Assembly: GCF_009834535.1 (NCBI RefSeq) | Contig: NC_045696.1 | Span: 59,708,001 to 59,772,000, forward strand | Origin: Camelus ferus | Taxonomy: Eukaryota | Direction of reading: 5' to 3' | Length of the DNA stretch: 64,000 nucleotides | Part shown: piece after piece, positions 1-13,934 of the stretch | Position numbering within the stretch: position 1 is the first letter of the stretch | How the letters are laid out: each line of letters begins with the position of its first letter | Notes under the pieces: model-generated | What the model saw: the letters and a program-made list of their open reading frames with translations, nothing else | Databases searched by the model: none | Told to the model about the DNA's origin: nothing | Translations under genes and position numbers: made by a program

Positions 1-2619
1 TCTCTCAACCCATTGATATTCTGACATCTTCCTCCCGTACAGCCATTGGGACCACTCATTTATTCCATAAGCACATATTCAGTACTTACTGTGTACCAGC
101 CACTGTGAAAGCCACTGAGCAGGCTCTGAAAGTGAGTTAGAACTAATCCTGTCCTCAAAGAACATGGCATATATTAGAATCACTTTGTAAATTATATAGA
201 ATAATCAACATTGAAGTATATTCTAGATGTAGATAAGCCCTTGTGAGCTTCTCCCCATTTTCATTCTCTGTACTCACTGTATGATCAAAGAAAGCCAATT
301 TATGGGTTATTTTAGCTTCAACATAAAAGAGGCATCATTAGGAAAGAAAAGACACCTGGGGAGGAGAAGAGGGGTAAGGAAGAAGCTCTGAGGACACACT
401 GAGATGGCATCAGCAGCCCTAAAGCATGGTAACAAGGGGGTGGTGTAGGGTCTAATATCTGCTGTAGATAGTCCACCTGTGGACCATGACAAATTAAATA
501 TATAAGAATCATAAAACTTGGGTGATTAGAAATTCCATATTGATGAAAGATCCAGTGTGAATGTGTTTTTTCTGAGATTTCGACTCCAGTTGTGCTATAA
601 AAGTGACTGTTCCTTAAGAAAAAAATAGTTCATGCCCACTGCAACGCAGGATTGAGTTTATGAGAAAATAGGTTGGGTTGGAGGGCATGGAGTGGCAGGC
701 ACAGCATTCAGTTAGTTGGGTCAGTGTTAGAGAAACCATGAGAAGAAGAGAGACAGACCATAGTTCCACAGTGTGTGCAGGGGCGTGTGTGTCCACATGT
801 GTGCACAAATACACATGCACGGGAAAGGTGTTGAAGCCCAGGAAAAAGGATTTTGTGTACCCTTTAGGTACATTCTAAATTCATAATCCAAAAAGGAAGA
901 CAAGTTTAGAAAACCAAAAGTGCAGTCAGAAGACAAGGATAAGATTGCAGTTCTGGTGACCAAGTGGCTCATGGAACACCACTTACACGCCTTCCTCCGG
1001 TTTGTACTGGGTCACCTGATGGTACAGCAGCTCTCACACCCTCAGCTGCTTAAAGGAGCTGCTCAGGCTCTGACTCCACTCTGCTGCAGGCTGGGCTTGG
1101 TGAATAGTGGGATCCCAAAACGGGGGCTCAGAACAGATATGCAGCTGGATCTCAGATCTGTCCTATTTCGCCAGTCCTGCAAGCCTGTCCTGGCCTGGAG
1201 GGAGCCTTCACAGCATAGGTGCTGTATCCAGCCTTACCAGTGACCATCTAGGGTGCTAGTGGGGCGATAATAGAGCCAGGCCTGCTATGGATGGGCCTAT
1301 CATGGGTAGCAGTAGCCACAGGGCCAAACAGCAGTGATGGGGGGAGGGGGTCTCTATGCATCTGCCTTTGAGTTTCTGGGATGGTGGATTAAGGAGTGTT
1401 ATTCTATTTGTTAGGCTGTCCAGGGATTCTGTTGCCTGGCAACGGTGACCTTTTAGTGCGCCCTACACCCAGGCATACTGTGGAGTTTTTAGATTTGGCT
1501 GTGCTGAGTTCTGTAGGGTGGTTGCTATAGCACCAATCAGGGTAAGAGGATCCCAAAGTGAGAGTGGGGACTGGAGCAGAAGTGACATAGATTTCCCTAG
1601 TGTGGCCCTCTGACTCTGAGAGTGACCCACAAGTATGGCCCTCCAGCTGTTGCTCTGGTATCTCATAGATTCTTGAGGACTTGCATGGGCATCCTGGCCC
1701 TAAGAGGAGCAGGTGTTTAGATTGATTTACACAGTTAAGTTCCTCCAAGGCTGCTGGAAGTTAGCAATGGAAATACGAGGCTTTGTACTTCCAAGACTCT
1801 TCCTTCATTCTCATTTGGTGTTAAAGATATTGACATATTGCTCTATTTTCTTTTGGTATTTCTGGGACTAACCAACCAACAGACTTGTTGGAGAGCCATA
1901 GATATGGCCTCAAAACCAGGCCATCACAAATAATCTGAGGACTCTCTATCCACACTGCAAGGACACACAAGCAAGCTTGCAGATGGAATAGATCATTAAA
2001 GAGGGAGGCCCTTGCAGGGCTTGGTTGGTATTGCAGGATATAAATAGTGACATTCCAGTTTAATGGCACAGCACAACATTGCTGATAGGGCCAGGCAGGT
2101 GCATAGTCTTCTAGGACAGGCAATCAACCCAGCATTTCTAGCTTCTGAGGAATGAATGATTCAGAAATTAAACTGAGAAGGCAGTTAGCCCATTGAGCCC
2201 GATGAGCGTTTCAAAAATGACTGCTTAGACCACTGCCACATGACAGTTTCCCATCAGACCTCATCTGGCTTAAATAGTCAGAAATCTGGCTATTTTCTCC
2301 TGGATTAGACATCTTACAAAAGAAGCACATGCAAGCAGGGATGGTGGTGGGCATCCAGAAGGTTGACATGGAACAGCACCAATGTTTACATTGGGCACAT
2401 GGGTCTCTTTGGCAAGCATGTGACATGGGGGAGAGATATCAAAGATTATGCCCAAAGTAATGTGATGATTTGGGTTCTGGAGGGTCCCACTAACTATCAG
2501 GGACTATGGGAAAGGCTAATACATCCTTGCAGGTCAATAAAGGGTCATTTATCCAAAAAACAAAAGAAGTAATATTGTTAATAATTAGTGACCTTTGATA
2601 AATACTAGCTATCCATTGT

Positions 2620-2830
2620 ATCATTTGTTCACTGAACAAATATTTGTTGAATACCTACCATGCTCCAAGCACTATCCTAGGCAACAACAACAAAACAGAC
2701 AAGAACTCCTGCCCTCGTGGAGCTTATATTCTGATAGGAATACAGGCAAATAAATAAGTAAAATATATAAAATACCAGATGATGACTCATGCTACAGTGG
2801 AAACTATAGCTTCAAAGTGCTCTAAGTAGC
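2620..2830 (-). mobile_element. L2 3'-end fragment
   Basis: AACAAATATTTGTTGAATACCTAC...AAAACAGACAAGAACTCCTGCCCTCGTGGAGCTTATATTCT. Similar L2 ends near 20800-20940 and 48200-48420. Confidence 0.65.
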
Positions 2831-4005
2831 GCAGGGGATGAGGGAAGAAGTGAGGAGAGGATCTGAGTTCTGGTGACTGACCTAATTGGAAATACAGATT
2901 GTAATGTAATTATCCCAGATGGTCTCAAGGCAGATAGTGGTACTGAGGCTGGGAATGTTGGAGGAGAGGGAGGATTGAGGGTTCTGCTAGGAGCACACAC
3001 AAGGTCTTAGAAATCTTTCTTCATTACTCCCCAGAAAAGCACAAAAACTTGGGGAAGAGTGGTCTTACCTAGGGAACAGGTGGGAGCTCTCAGGGAAGAT
3101 GGCCCCTCCCCCAGTCTTTATGCCTCCTTTGGAGCCAAGAGGATGCCCCAGGAGTCATGTGGGACCCCAGACTACTCCCCCAGCCTCCACCAGGAGTCCA
3201 AGGGAGCCTTTCTGATATGGCCTAGGTTAGAGTTGCTGAGATTCCATTCAGTCTGATGAGGACTTCACCTATGGTGTGACCAGACATCCCTCAAAGTTCA
3301 TATGGTAAGATTCTTGAAAAATAAATCCACATATGATCCAAGTATAAATAGTCTATAAAATGAAGATCCAAGAGTTCATGGACTACACTTTTCATAAATC
3401 CCTGGAAGCTCAAAGGAGCATTGCAGATTCTGAGAAGTGTGGGGTGATATTTGTTTTGTACTTTATAGGCTTAAGATATGAATTCCCTTTGGTTGCCTCC
3501 CCTGACTCCCAGCAGACTGCAGAGCCTCTCAGGTCTAGCTTGATGAAGTTTCAGCAACAGGAATAATAGTTTCCAGTCATGCCTGTTTGGAGACAGACGC
3601 CATTCACAGTACAAAGGTAGAAAAAGTCCTGGTTCTCTTTATCAAAAAATTGCACAGGGCCCCAAGAGACCCAGCGAAGAGGTACAGGAATTCATCCTAG
3701 ATTATTGATATGTTAAGTCATATAGAATCTGTTCCTTGGGCCCAAGTTAACAGATATGTTCAACCTAGATCTGAGTCCCCAGTGGCAGGAAGATGGCTCA
3801 ATCACAATTGTGGGGTAAATATAGGTTCCCCATTTTCCCTCTGCAAACCCCATTTCAGACTCATTAAACTTAGGCAGCAGGCTGGGGAGTTAAGGAGAAG
3901 CTGGCTTTCTCCTCCCAGCTGCATCAGTTTGCCCTCAAGAGACAAGCTTTTGAGGTTGAAGCCAAATAAAAGAGGAGCTCAGGGTACTAGTGTGCATACA
4001 CACAT

Positions 4006-4007
<2 letters not shown>

Positions 4008-4039
<32 letters not shown>
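4008..4039. repeat. (CA)n microsatellite
   Basis: Read directly. Confidence 0.95.
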
Positions 4040-4042
<3 letters not shown>

Positions 4043-6039
4043 CCCATTCATCATGTAATAGCCTCCCACCCAATGCAAAGCCTTATCTCTGGAGAGATAC
4101 ATTATAGGACTAAGTCCAGAGAGTCATCTTCCGTAGCTATATAGAAAAATTAGTTTCAAATGGCATTGGCTAGCCCTCTAGAAAAGGGCTGCATGGGACA
4201 AGTTCATTGCAGCTCAGGTTTTAATCCAAGGACCAGTTGACATCATGGCAAACAAAGTCATGTTCTCCGTGTGGCTCTGAGAGATCAAATGTGGCATTTG
4301 ATTATTTTCTATTTTCTTGGATCAACACATGTGCTCAGGAGGGGAGCTTCTGACCATATCTAGTATGGGTCAACAATCTTTTGGCCTATCCTGATAAAAA
4401 TTTAATCTTGAACTAAAATTAAAACTATAGGATGCAAAAACATTGGAACTTACATGTAAGTGTAGTTCATTATCTAGATAAAAAACCAGCAATTTTATAG
4501 GATCCATGTCAAATTATACTAGTAATTGGATTTGTCATTGCTACAGAATGAGTTCTGTGAAAGCAAAGATTCTTGTCTGCTTTTTTCGCAGCTGTACCCC
4601 CCCCTACTTGTCCTAGGGCCAATCACATAGTAGGTACTACAAGTACAACTGCATAGTATAGAACAAGTGCAATTTTTTGTGTGTGTGTGTGGAAATACAG
4701 AGAGAAATATTTTCCATCTTTATTGCAACCAGACTGGTTACACCACTGGGGAGTAGGAAATTCTGCAGAATAATGTCATACTTGGCAGAAACAGGGAGCA
4801 TGCTGCTTGAGTTCCAGATAATGCAAGAGTGGAAGACAGGTTTGGTGCGTGATCTGATAGGCAAAGTTAGAATCTGAGATCGAGGGCCAGGACTGATAAA
4901 CAAGGAGAGCAATTGAAAGACTTAGCAAAGAAGCTCCAAGGCCATAATGAAAGGAGCAAGCAGAAGCTCAGGTGCACAGCCAGGTATGGGAAACTACCCT
5001 ATGGCTTGGTACCTGACAACTCAAATGATTCTGATAAATACCGACTCCTCTCTCAACACAGTTCTTATTGTATTCCCCCCATGAGTTTTTAAATGTATCA
5101 CTTGACTTTTGGAGTCTGTAGATCATTTCTAATTAAGAATGGCAAATGGAAAGCTTGAAAAAGGAAAAGCACTGAGGGCCAGGAGCAATAAAAAGGAAGA
5201 AGAAACATAACAAAGCACATGTCCAAAAAAGGAAACAATTGATATGAGAAGTCAAATTTGAAAATGTCTCTCATTTGCTTTGCTTCACTAAGTTGGTCAC
5301 CAGTGAAAAGGACTAAGGATCCAAAGACAATATTGATTGAAAATGCACTTCCCCTCTCTGCCCTGACCCGCCCCCATGCTCAGGATTCTCATTAAGCATT
5401 CCTGACGCTCCAGGAAATGAAAATGTGCGAATTGATGCATCTGTCGTGAGTCAGCCCATGGATGGTCAACAGTGGGATCTGATGCCAATTCCCTAATAGC
5501 AAGTGAAGCTGGCCTTCAGCTTGATTTTATTGAGCTTCAGGACGGTTCCCAGAGTGCACACAAGGGAAATAAAATATGATCCTTAACTGCAAGAATTGTA
5601 TAGTACAACTGGGAGAGAAAAAATGTAAATATTCAAAAAACAAAATTCATGCTATGTATGATGAATAGCCATTGCATTAGCCTAAGAGATCCCAAAGCTA
5701 GAATTATCTCTCTTCCCTCTGTTTCTCTATCCAACACCAAGGATGAGTCATAGCATGTAATGGCAGTAATCTTCAGGTTATTTTTTAAAAACTAGTAATA
5801 AAACTAATAATAATAATCATGGTAGTAGTGGTAACAACAACAATAATAAAATCTACTAGGTCTTCCCAAATTGCATGTAATTTGTATATGTGTATATTTG
5901 TCTTGGAATGGCCCCATTACATCTCCCTCCCTTTCTTAACTTTATCTTTCCTACCACCCTCTTAATGTCCCTGGGCTCCTACCACTATCTATCCCTAAGA
6001 CAATATCTTCTCAATCCAGAGAAGAGAATGAAGACAGAT

Positions 6040-6420
6040 GTATCTGTCAGCACAGGCTAGGTTATGCTGTAATAACAAACAATTCTAAAAATATTGGTGG
6101 CTTAAAACAATGAAGATTTATTTTTTTCTTATACTTCATATTCATAATGGATTAACTGGGGGCTCTGTTCATCATAGGGAATCAGGGACCCTGGCTGATG
6201 AATTAGCTTCTAAAGTTACCAATTACTGTCTTAGACAGAAAGAGAATTCTGAAGAATCTGAACCCAAAATTAAATGATTGAGCCTGAAAATGACTCAACG
6301 TCAATGGCCAGAACTAGTCATATAGCCCTACAAAACCAGTTGGGGCCAGAAAAACATTTATGTGTCCAGGAGGCAAAGAGCTGAAATATTGGTGCACATC
6401 AGAATGACTATATTAGCAGT
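6040..6420. mobile_element. MaLR LTR (MLT1J/K-like)
   Basis: AGGCTAGGTTATGCTGTAATAACAAAC...GTGGCTTAAAACAA...GGCCAGAACTAGTCATATAGCCC motifs. Confidence 0.65.
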
Positions 6421-7899
6421 AACATCAAGTCATATTTGCAAATAATTTGCATTTTGGCTCTAACTCAATATTTACATTTTGGCTCTAACTCAGATTTTCA
6501 AATCTGGGGTTTACTCAACAGATGTGTGTGTGTATGTGTGTGTGTGAATTTCAAACCTATACATTGAAAGACTGTTATTCATATTTAAGTCATTCTTTGC
6601 TTTCTGTAACTCCCACTGCCTAATTTTCACTATGTCCTGTCCCTGACTATTAGGCCCTATATGTATTGGGTCAGTACATCAATGTCTAGTCAGAGTATAA
6701 AGATTAGAAGGCTTCTTATTCTTTTGAAACATTTTCCAGACTTAGGGGACCAGTTTTTGAGGGTACAACGTCTAGAGGACCATAATCCCTTTTGTATCTT
6801 AGGGCATAATTTATTACATTATTGTAATAAATTATATATACATAATAAATTATGTTGGTATCTGGCATCAGACTCTACACAGTAGAGTTACAGAGTAGGG
6901 ATATGAATTTATTGAATCCTGTATGGCAGAGTCACTGACTAATGTTTGAAAGTGTGCTTTACCTAAGTGTAAGAATATGACCCGTGTGCCACATTGCTCC
7001 TATTATAAATAATGCTATAAGATTGCATGACCTTGTTCTATAAATCACATGGTTACTCCATCATTAAGCACCTAATGGTTTCACTGGGAAGCAAGGGCAA
7101 ACTCTACTGTAAACCACATTCAAATTGTCTGCAAACACAGGGTGTTGGATACAAGCAGACCTGAGCAAGAAAAAATAGCACTGCAATGGATGGAAGGATC
7201 CCTGGGTTGGAATCAGGAAAGTTGGTTTTGCTCCTAATTCTGCTATTGACCAGCTGTATGAGCTTTGAAGAACATTTTAGGCAAATCATCTATCTTCTCA
7301 AAACCTTGGTTTCTTCATCTGTAAAATTAGAAGGTAATAGGAACTTACCTCTAAATTTCATTCATACCTGCACTTTCTGTTTTTCTATTACTGGCTTAGT
7401 TATAATCTAGAAGCCTATGACTTTTAGTGGGAAAAATCAAAAGCATCCATCCTAAGTAACATAGAACTGGGAAAATGATATTTACATGTAAGGGGTAACC
7501 TAATTTTATACCTAATTATTATATATATTAATAAAAGATACATAGTACTAAAAAGCATTAATTTTTAAATGTTTAGCTTTGAAATATAGGCAGAGAGATT
7601 GTCAGAAATCATCATACATACTCCATTTTCTCATTTATTTATTTATCCAATTATTTAAAACTTATTGAACCTCTTCCATGTAATCAGCTGTGTTAAATGA
7701 GCAGAGAGGGGCAAAGGAATTGAGAACGCTGGCAAGAGCATTACTGAAACAATGGATCATGGACTACAGGCTGCACAGGAAGGAAAGTGATGAGGGGAGA
7801 GTACTGACAGATTGGGACGCAGTAGAGGGCATCATGAACTAGAGGTCCCAACGGGGTTAAAGAAGGTCATAGTAAGAGTAATTAAATAAGCAAGTTGGA

Positions 7900-10590
7900 A
7901 GGAGAATAAGTTGTGGTCAGGAAGGAAGATGTGAGACTTCTGACCAAGAAGATAGAAAGCAAGGACCAGATAGATCCCCCTGCCTGAGACAACTAAAAAC
8001 CAAGCAAAATATAAGAAACGATTTTCAAGACACTGGACATCAAACAACAGAGAACAGTGTGATTTCTGAGAGACAGGAAACAAGCAAAGTGAGCCCTATG
8101 AGTACCCTAGCTTACTGCCCTAAGTTTCCAGGCCTCAGTGCATGGAAGGGTACCCTAGTAGTCTCCCTGAGTTAAGAAGATGGAGCTGAAAGTCCAATGA
8201 GACCAGGGCTTCTAGATTTCACAGGACAGAGTAGTAGGGAAAAGAAAGCTTCACAAAAAGAGAACTCTGGAGCTCTTTAGAGGGTCTCCCTCAAGTACTC
8301 ATCAAAGTATCGATCAGCACATGCTTAAAAGGAAACTACCCCAGGATGGGAAAGAATTACCTGAAATAATTAGAGGGAAGAGTACCCAGTGCCCACAAAG
8401 AGTCTGCAGTAGTGCCTGTTCCCACCAGCCAGAGTAGGAAACATTAAATTCTCACGACATCAGTCTGAGTCCTCAGAAGGATCTTACCTTCGTAGTGGGG
8501 ACTAACAAGCCCTAGAAGAACGAGGCTCTGGTTCTGCCTAACTGAGTCTTAAAAGGAGCCAGGCTGTTTTGAAGTAACTTAGCTGCACACCAGGATAAAG
8601 CTCAAGAGTAGCTATAAGAATATATAAATATTGGATACCCATTAAGGTAAAATCCACAATGTCTGGCATCCAATCAAAAATTACTGGGCATGCAAAGAAG
8701 CAGGAAAATATGACCTATAATAAGGGGAAAAAATCAATTGAAACTTACCCAGAATTGACACACATGTTAGAATTAGTAAACATGGGCATAAAAACAATTA
8801 TTATTAAGTGTTCCAAACTTTCAAAATGTTAAGTAGAGGCATGGAAATCAAAGAAAAATCCATGTTGAACTTCTAGAGGTGAAAAATACTTGGGTAGGTT
8901 TAGGAGTAGATTAGACATTGCAGGAGAAAACTTAAGTGTACTTAAAAGCATAGTGATAGAAATTATGCAAAATGAAACTCAGAAAAATAATATTTTTAAA
9001 AAGAAGATAGCATTAGTGAGTTGTGGAAATATTAAAGCAGCCTAATATTTATGTAACTGAAATTCCCAAAAGGGAAAGGGGGACAGAAAAAATTTAAAAC
9101 AATAATGGATGAAAATTTTTCAAAGTTGATAGACTTTAAACACACAGATCCAAGAATCCAAATAAACCCCATGCACAAGAACTATGAAGCAAACTACACC
9201 AAAATGTATCATAATCAAATTGCTCAAAGCCTGTGATAAAAGAGAAAATTCCAAAAGCAGTCAAAGAAGAACAGACGTGCTAGATATAGAGAAACAAAGG
9301 TAAGGATGAAAGCGAACTTCTCATTGAAAACAAGGCAAGTAAGAAGTCAGTGGAGCCTCAGAGTGGAGCAATGAAGATAAAAAAACAAAACTGTCAACTT
9401 TGAATTCTACACCCAGTGAAAATATCTCTCAAAAATGAAGGCAAATAGATTTTTTTTCTGACATACCCAAAAGCTGAAAAAAAATTCTTTGCCAGTGGAG
9501 AAATGTTAAAAAGAGAGAGAGAGAGAGAGAGCCCTTTAGGTAGAAGGAAATGTTAGCACAGGGAAATGTGGCTCTACACAAAAATGAAAAGCACCAGAGT
9601 TGGCAAATCCATGGGTAATATGCGAGATTTACAGATAAAGAGCAGTATGAAAGAGCCTTTAAACAAGGATGTTTAAAATCCTCGAAGAAGTAAAGGATGA
9701 ATGCCATATATGAAACAGAAACAAGTAACTGTAACACAAGAATGCACACCCTGAAGAGAGAATTCCTGACTTAGGAAACAGAAGTGAAGAAATCTCTTAG
9801 AGCACAACCAGAGGGATGGGGATGAAAAGTAATTTTAGTAAGAACTCTGGGATAAAGTGGGGAGGATGGCAAAAAGACATTTTTCAAACAGATAATAACA
9901 AAGGGTTTTCCAGAAATGAGGAAATATAGAAACATTGTAGTAAAACTAGAGAACATCACAAAAAAGAAAAAAATGTTAAAGTCAAGAGGGAGAAAGAAGT
10001 GGTCATCTGAAAAGGAATGTCAGTCAGCTTGATAACAGACCTCTCACCCACTGCCACAGAGAACAAAAGGGTGAGGTAGGTGCCTCGGTGTTCTAGTGGA
10101 AAACCTTCGCAGCCTAGAATTCTATGCCCAGCAAAATTATAATTTAAGAGTAAGGATTTTCAACATACAAGAACTCAGAAATTTTACTAACCATAAATCC
10201 CCACTCTTTTGCAAAAATAAAAATGAACCCAGGAGGGAGGAATTAGATGCAAAAAGATATTGATAAGTGAAACAAACACCAAAATACTGTGGTGAATATA
10301 ACATACTATTGAGCACAAGTAACAAGAATAAAAAGAATAATAACCATTTGAAACAAAATGGAGTATTCTGAGGGAGGGCAAAGCAAACTCAGATCCTTGC
10401 TTGACTTAAGAACAGGATAGAAGTAGGAATTAACTTAGACTTTGTTAGAAAAATATACTTTTTTAAGGGTAATGTAAGGATAGCCACTGGGAGAAAAGAA
10501 ATAGAATATGTAATTTCAATACTAGTAGAGGAAAGTAAGGAGAATAAAACAATATTAATCAATCCGAGAAAGGGGAAAAAAAAAAGAAGC
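7900..10590 (+). mobile_element. Old degraded LINE-1 (5' region and ORF1-like remnants; probably more than one fragment)
   Basis: Very A-rich + strand with L1 ORF1-type motifs (CAGATCCAAGAA, ATCATAATCAAATTGCTC, GAATTCTACACCCAG, CCTAGAATTCTATGCCCAGCAAAATTAT). No intact ORF. Bounds approximate. Confidence 0.7.
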
Positions 10591-10604
10591 AAAGAGAATT
10601 CATG

Positions 10605-10863
10605 TTTCTGGCAAATTCAGTTTCCGATAAAGACTGTCTTCGTGGCTTCTCCCTGTGTCCTCAAATGGCCTTTCCTCTGAGTTCGCACGGCGAGGGCTCT
10701 GGCGTCCCTTCTAGTTCTATTAAGGACAGTAGTTCTACTGGATGATGGGCTTCAGCCTTATGACCCCATTTAACCCTAATTACCTCCATAGAAGTCTTGT
10801 CTCTAAATACAATCACGTTGGAGGCTGGAGCTTCAACATGAATTTGGGATTCAGTCTATAACA
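10605..10863 (-). mobile_element. MaLR LTR fragment (MLT1A-like) interrupting the L1
   Basis: Typical MLT1 motifs TTCTCCCTGTGTCCTCAAATGG, CCTTATGACCCCATTTAACCCTAATTACCTCC, GCTTCAACATGAATTTGGG...CAGTCTATAACA. Confidence 0.7.
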
Positions 10864-10864
10864 T

Positions 10865-11165
10865 AAGTTAAAATGGAGTCATAAAACAATCTCAGGTAAT
10901 CCAAAAGAAGGCAGAAAAGGAGGGAGAGGGGAACAAGGAACAGAAGAGGAAAATAGAAAACTAATAGCAAGAAAATAGACTCAAACCTCATCATATTCAT
11001 AATCACAGTAAATTTAAATGCTTTAAACATTCCAATAAAAGACAGAGATTGTCAGATTGTATTTTTCAAAAAGACCAAACTGTATGCTGCCTTTAAGAAA
11101 TTCACTTAAAATATGAATATACAAATAGATTTTTTAAAAAGATTTATATCCTAACACTATTCCAA

Positions 11166-11204
<39 letters not shown>

Positions 11205-11835
11205 ATGGCTACACTAATATCAGCCAAAGTAGATTTCAGAACAAAGAATATTACCAAAGATAAAGATGGATATTTCATAATGATAATCAAGAAGACCTAA
11301 CAACCCTAGGCTTTTTTGTGTATAAGAGCAGAACTTCAAAATACATGAAGCAAAAACTGATAAAACTGCAAGAAGAAATAGATCAACAATTACAATTGGA
11401 AATTTTAATATCCCTCTTTCAATAATTGATAGGATAAACAGAAAGTCAGTAAGGATGTAGAAGACTTGGAAAACAATCAACCAACTTGACCATATTGACA
11501 TTTGTAGGACATTCCACCCAGTAACAGCAGAATACGTATCCTTTTTAAGTGCCCATAGAGTATTTACCAAGAGACCATATTGTGAGTCATAAAATAAGTC
11601 TCAGTACATTTAAAGGGATTCCAGTCATACAAAATATGTTCTCAGACCTCAGTGTAATTAAATTAGAAATAAATAGCGGAAAGACCTCTGGAAATTTCCC
11701 AGGTGTTTGGGCACTGAATAACACACATCTAAATAACCCACAGGTCAAAGTGGAAACCAAAACGGAAATGAGTTGAACTGAATGAAACTGAAAATACAAC
11801 TTAACAAAATTTATAGAATACCACTAAAGAAAGGA
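10865..11835 (+). mobile_element. LINE-1 ORF2 endonuclease-region remnant
   Basis: Decayed coding similarity to the ORF2 N-terminus (ATCACAGTAAATTTAAATGCTTTAAACATTCCAATAAAAGACAGAGATTGTCAGATTG, resembling ITLNVNGLNxPIKRxRLxxW; also AAAGTAGATTTCAG and GACCATAT). Frameshifted. Confidence 0.8.
11166..11204. repeat. (TA)n(GA)n microsatellite inside L1
   Basis: Read directly. Confidence 0.9.
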
Positions 11836-13619
11836 AGATGTCTACTTTAGTGCTGTGGGAGTCAGAGAAGTCAAACACAGTGACCATGAGATCCACTACC
11901 TGACCTTGGGAGGGGGCTGCTGATGTGGGGTGAAGGAGGAGCTCAGCGGAGATGAGGAGGTCAGAGAACCGAGGCCAGGGTGCTGGGGGGCTGCCCACAG
12001 GGAGAGAAGTCGCTCAAGATGCTGATGGAACTTGGAGCAGAAAGGAAAATCATCAATGTGGAACCATAGTCACCAGTGAAGCAAGGGCTTCTAGTCCCAA
12101 TTATCTTAACAAATTACTTCATCTCTCTGAGCCTCTACTTCTTTATGTATCAATAAGGGAGTTATGAGTTCCCCCTCTCTGTATAGCTTTTGATAGTCTC
12201 TTGGTATTTTCAGTGTTTTAATGTATATACATTTTACATAAGCCTCTTCAGATCCTTTTTGGGAAACAGCAAAGTATTAAATGATAAATGAACATGTAAA
12301 CACATAATCTCTAAGGTCCATTCAAACCCTAGCACTCTGTAATTTATGCCTGCCGGCCACGTCTTCTCTAAAATGCCACTCACAGCCAGGCAGCAGCAGG
12401 GAAGGTATCCTCCAATTACTGTGGACAGTCTAGAGAGGATGGACTTGGACAGAGCAAATGAGGGAAAGGAAAGTATTTTTCATGCCTCCAGCCTGGCCTG
12501 AGCTGAGGTTCAGATGCAGGAACAGCAGAGCCCAAAAAATAAATGGTGAAAAGACTCCCAAGGTTGGAAGTTGTCGGAATGGAACCGTGGGGCAAGTAAG
12601 ATGAAATCAGACTGGGAGAGGTGTTGAGACCTCCACTTACCATGCAGGGAGTCTCTGAGGACAGGGACATCCACAGGAGGGGCGGGTTCCAGGGCTGCAT
12701 TCACACAGAAGGGCTGGGGATTACAGGCTGCAGGACTACAGTGCATCAAGGAACAACAGAGAATAACCAGAATTTGCTGGTAAAAACAGAGAGAGAAAAA
12801 GTGCATGCAAGTGACCCTGAGTGCAGGAATTTAACGCTAACTATGTGAGCTTCCAGAGGACAGAAATCTTCTAGAAGTTTTGGGATTGGGGAAACGTGGA
12901 AAAAAGTGATTTTACTCAAGACAAGCGAAGGCTGGTGTAGAAGTACTGGACTGCCTTTTGGGGGTTAAAACTGAGCTGATAGATGTTACTATTTAATAGG
13001 TTTAGAAATTCAAGTCTAGTCCTATAGAAGCTAATTATCCCATCACCGGCAGTTTTCCTGCAGTTTTTGTAGCTCCTGCCAGGGGATTATTTGGGTCTTT
13101 TAACAAGTGAAAAGGCCTCAAAAAGAATCTCCCTAGGAATGTAAATTTTTTTTAAAAAATCAGTACATGATTATAAAGTCAACTAGGCAAGTAGTATTTC
13201 GTATAAAGTTTTTTTAACACTATAAACGTATAAATATTAAACTTGTGAACATTAAAATATATAAAATGAAGCCAATTTGAAAAGAATGGTTATTCTATAC
13301 AGGTATTTCCACAAAACCCCATCATTGTCAGCCACTCTAGGTTGCCCTGTATTTACTTCTCACACTGATTTACAGCTTGTTTTTCATATTTGAGGCAGAG
13401 ACTTTCTGGGCTCTACTTATACCAACAACACGAGTTTTCCAAGAACGCTGTAGCATGACCTGTGTGAAAACTTGCCCCTTCAGTCTGTTTTCAGTCTGTT
13501 TTGGTCACTCAGGTTCAGAGCATCCGTGTCACAGGCATTACTGTCAGCTGAGCTTTCCTAATTAGTCCTGTGGCATTCCCCTCCCTCTGTCTTCTTTTGT
13601 CAAAGAGATATGGTTCTTT

Positions 13620-13798
13620 TTTTTCCCTTTAAATTGAAGTATAGTCAGTTACAATGTGTCGATTTCTGGTGTACAGCACAATGTCGTAGTCATGCATATA
13701 CACACATTATTCGTTTTCATATTCTTTTTCATTACAGGTTATTACAAGATATTGACTATAGTCCCCTGTGCTATACAGAAGAAATTTGCGTTTTGTTT
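13620..13798 (-). mobile_element. 5'-truncated L1 3' end with perfect TSD
   Basis: T-tract then TTTAAATTGAAGTATAGTCAGTTACAATG...TATAGTCCCCTGTGCTATACAG. 15-bp TSD GAGATATGGTTCTTT at 13605-13619 and 13799-13813. Confidence 0.85.
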
Positions 13799-13934
13799 GA
13801 GATATGGTTCTTTGATCCAAGCTGCTTTTGAATTTTTCTCTCCTAATCAGAATAGAAAAACATGGGGACAAAACAAAAAACAAAAAAAAAAATGTCCAAA
13901 CTTCCCCTTTCTACCTTTATGAGATTCTATCATC

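Noticed and set aside
900..2560. Possible ancient ERVL internal (pol/integrase) remnant
   Set aside because: Only faint motif resemblance, with inconsistent strand; cannot be supported without a Dfam/tBLASTx search.
11220..11799. ORFs of 70-116 aa
   Set aside because: Fragments or antisense frames of decayed L1 ORF2.
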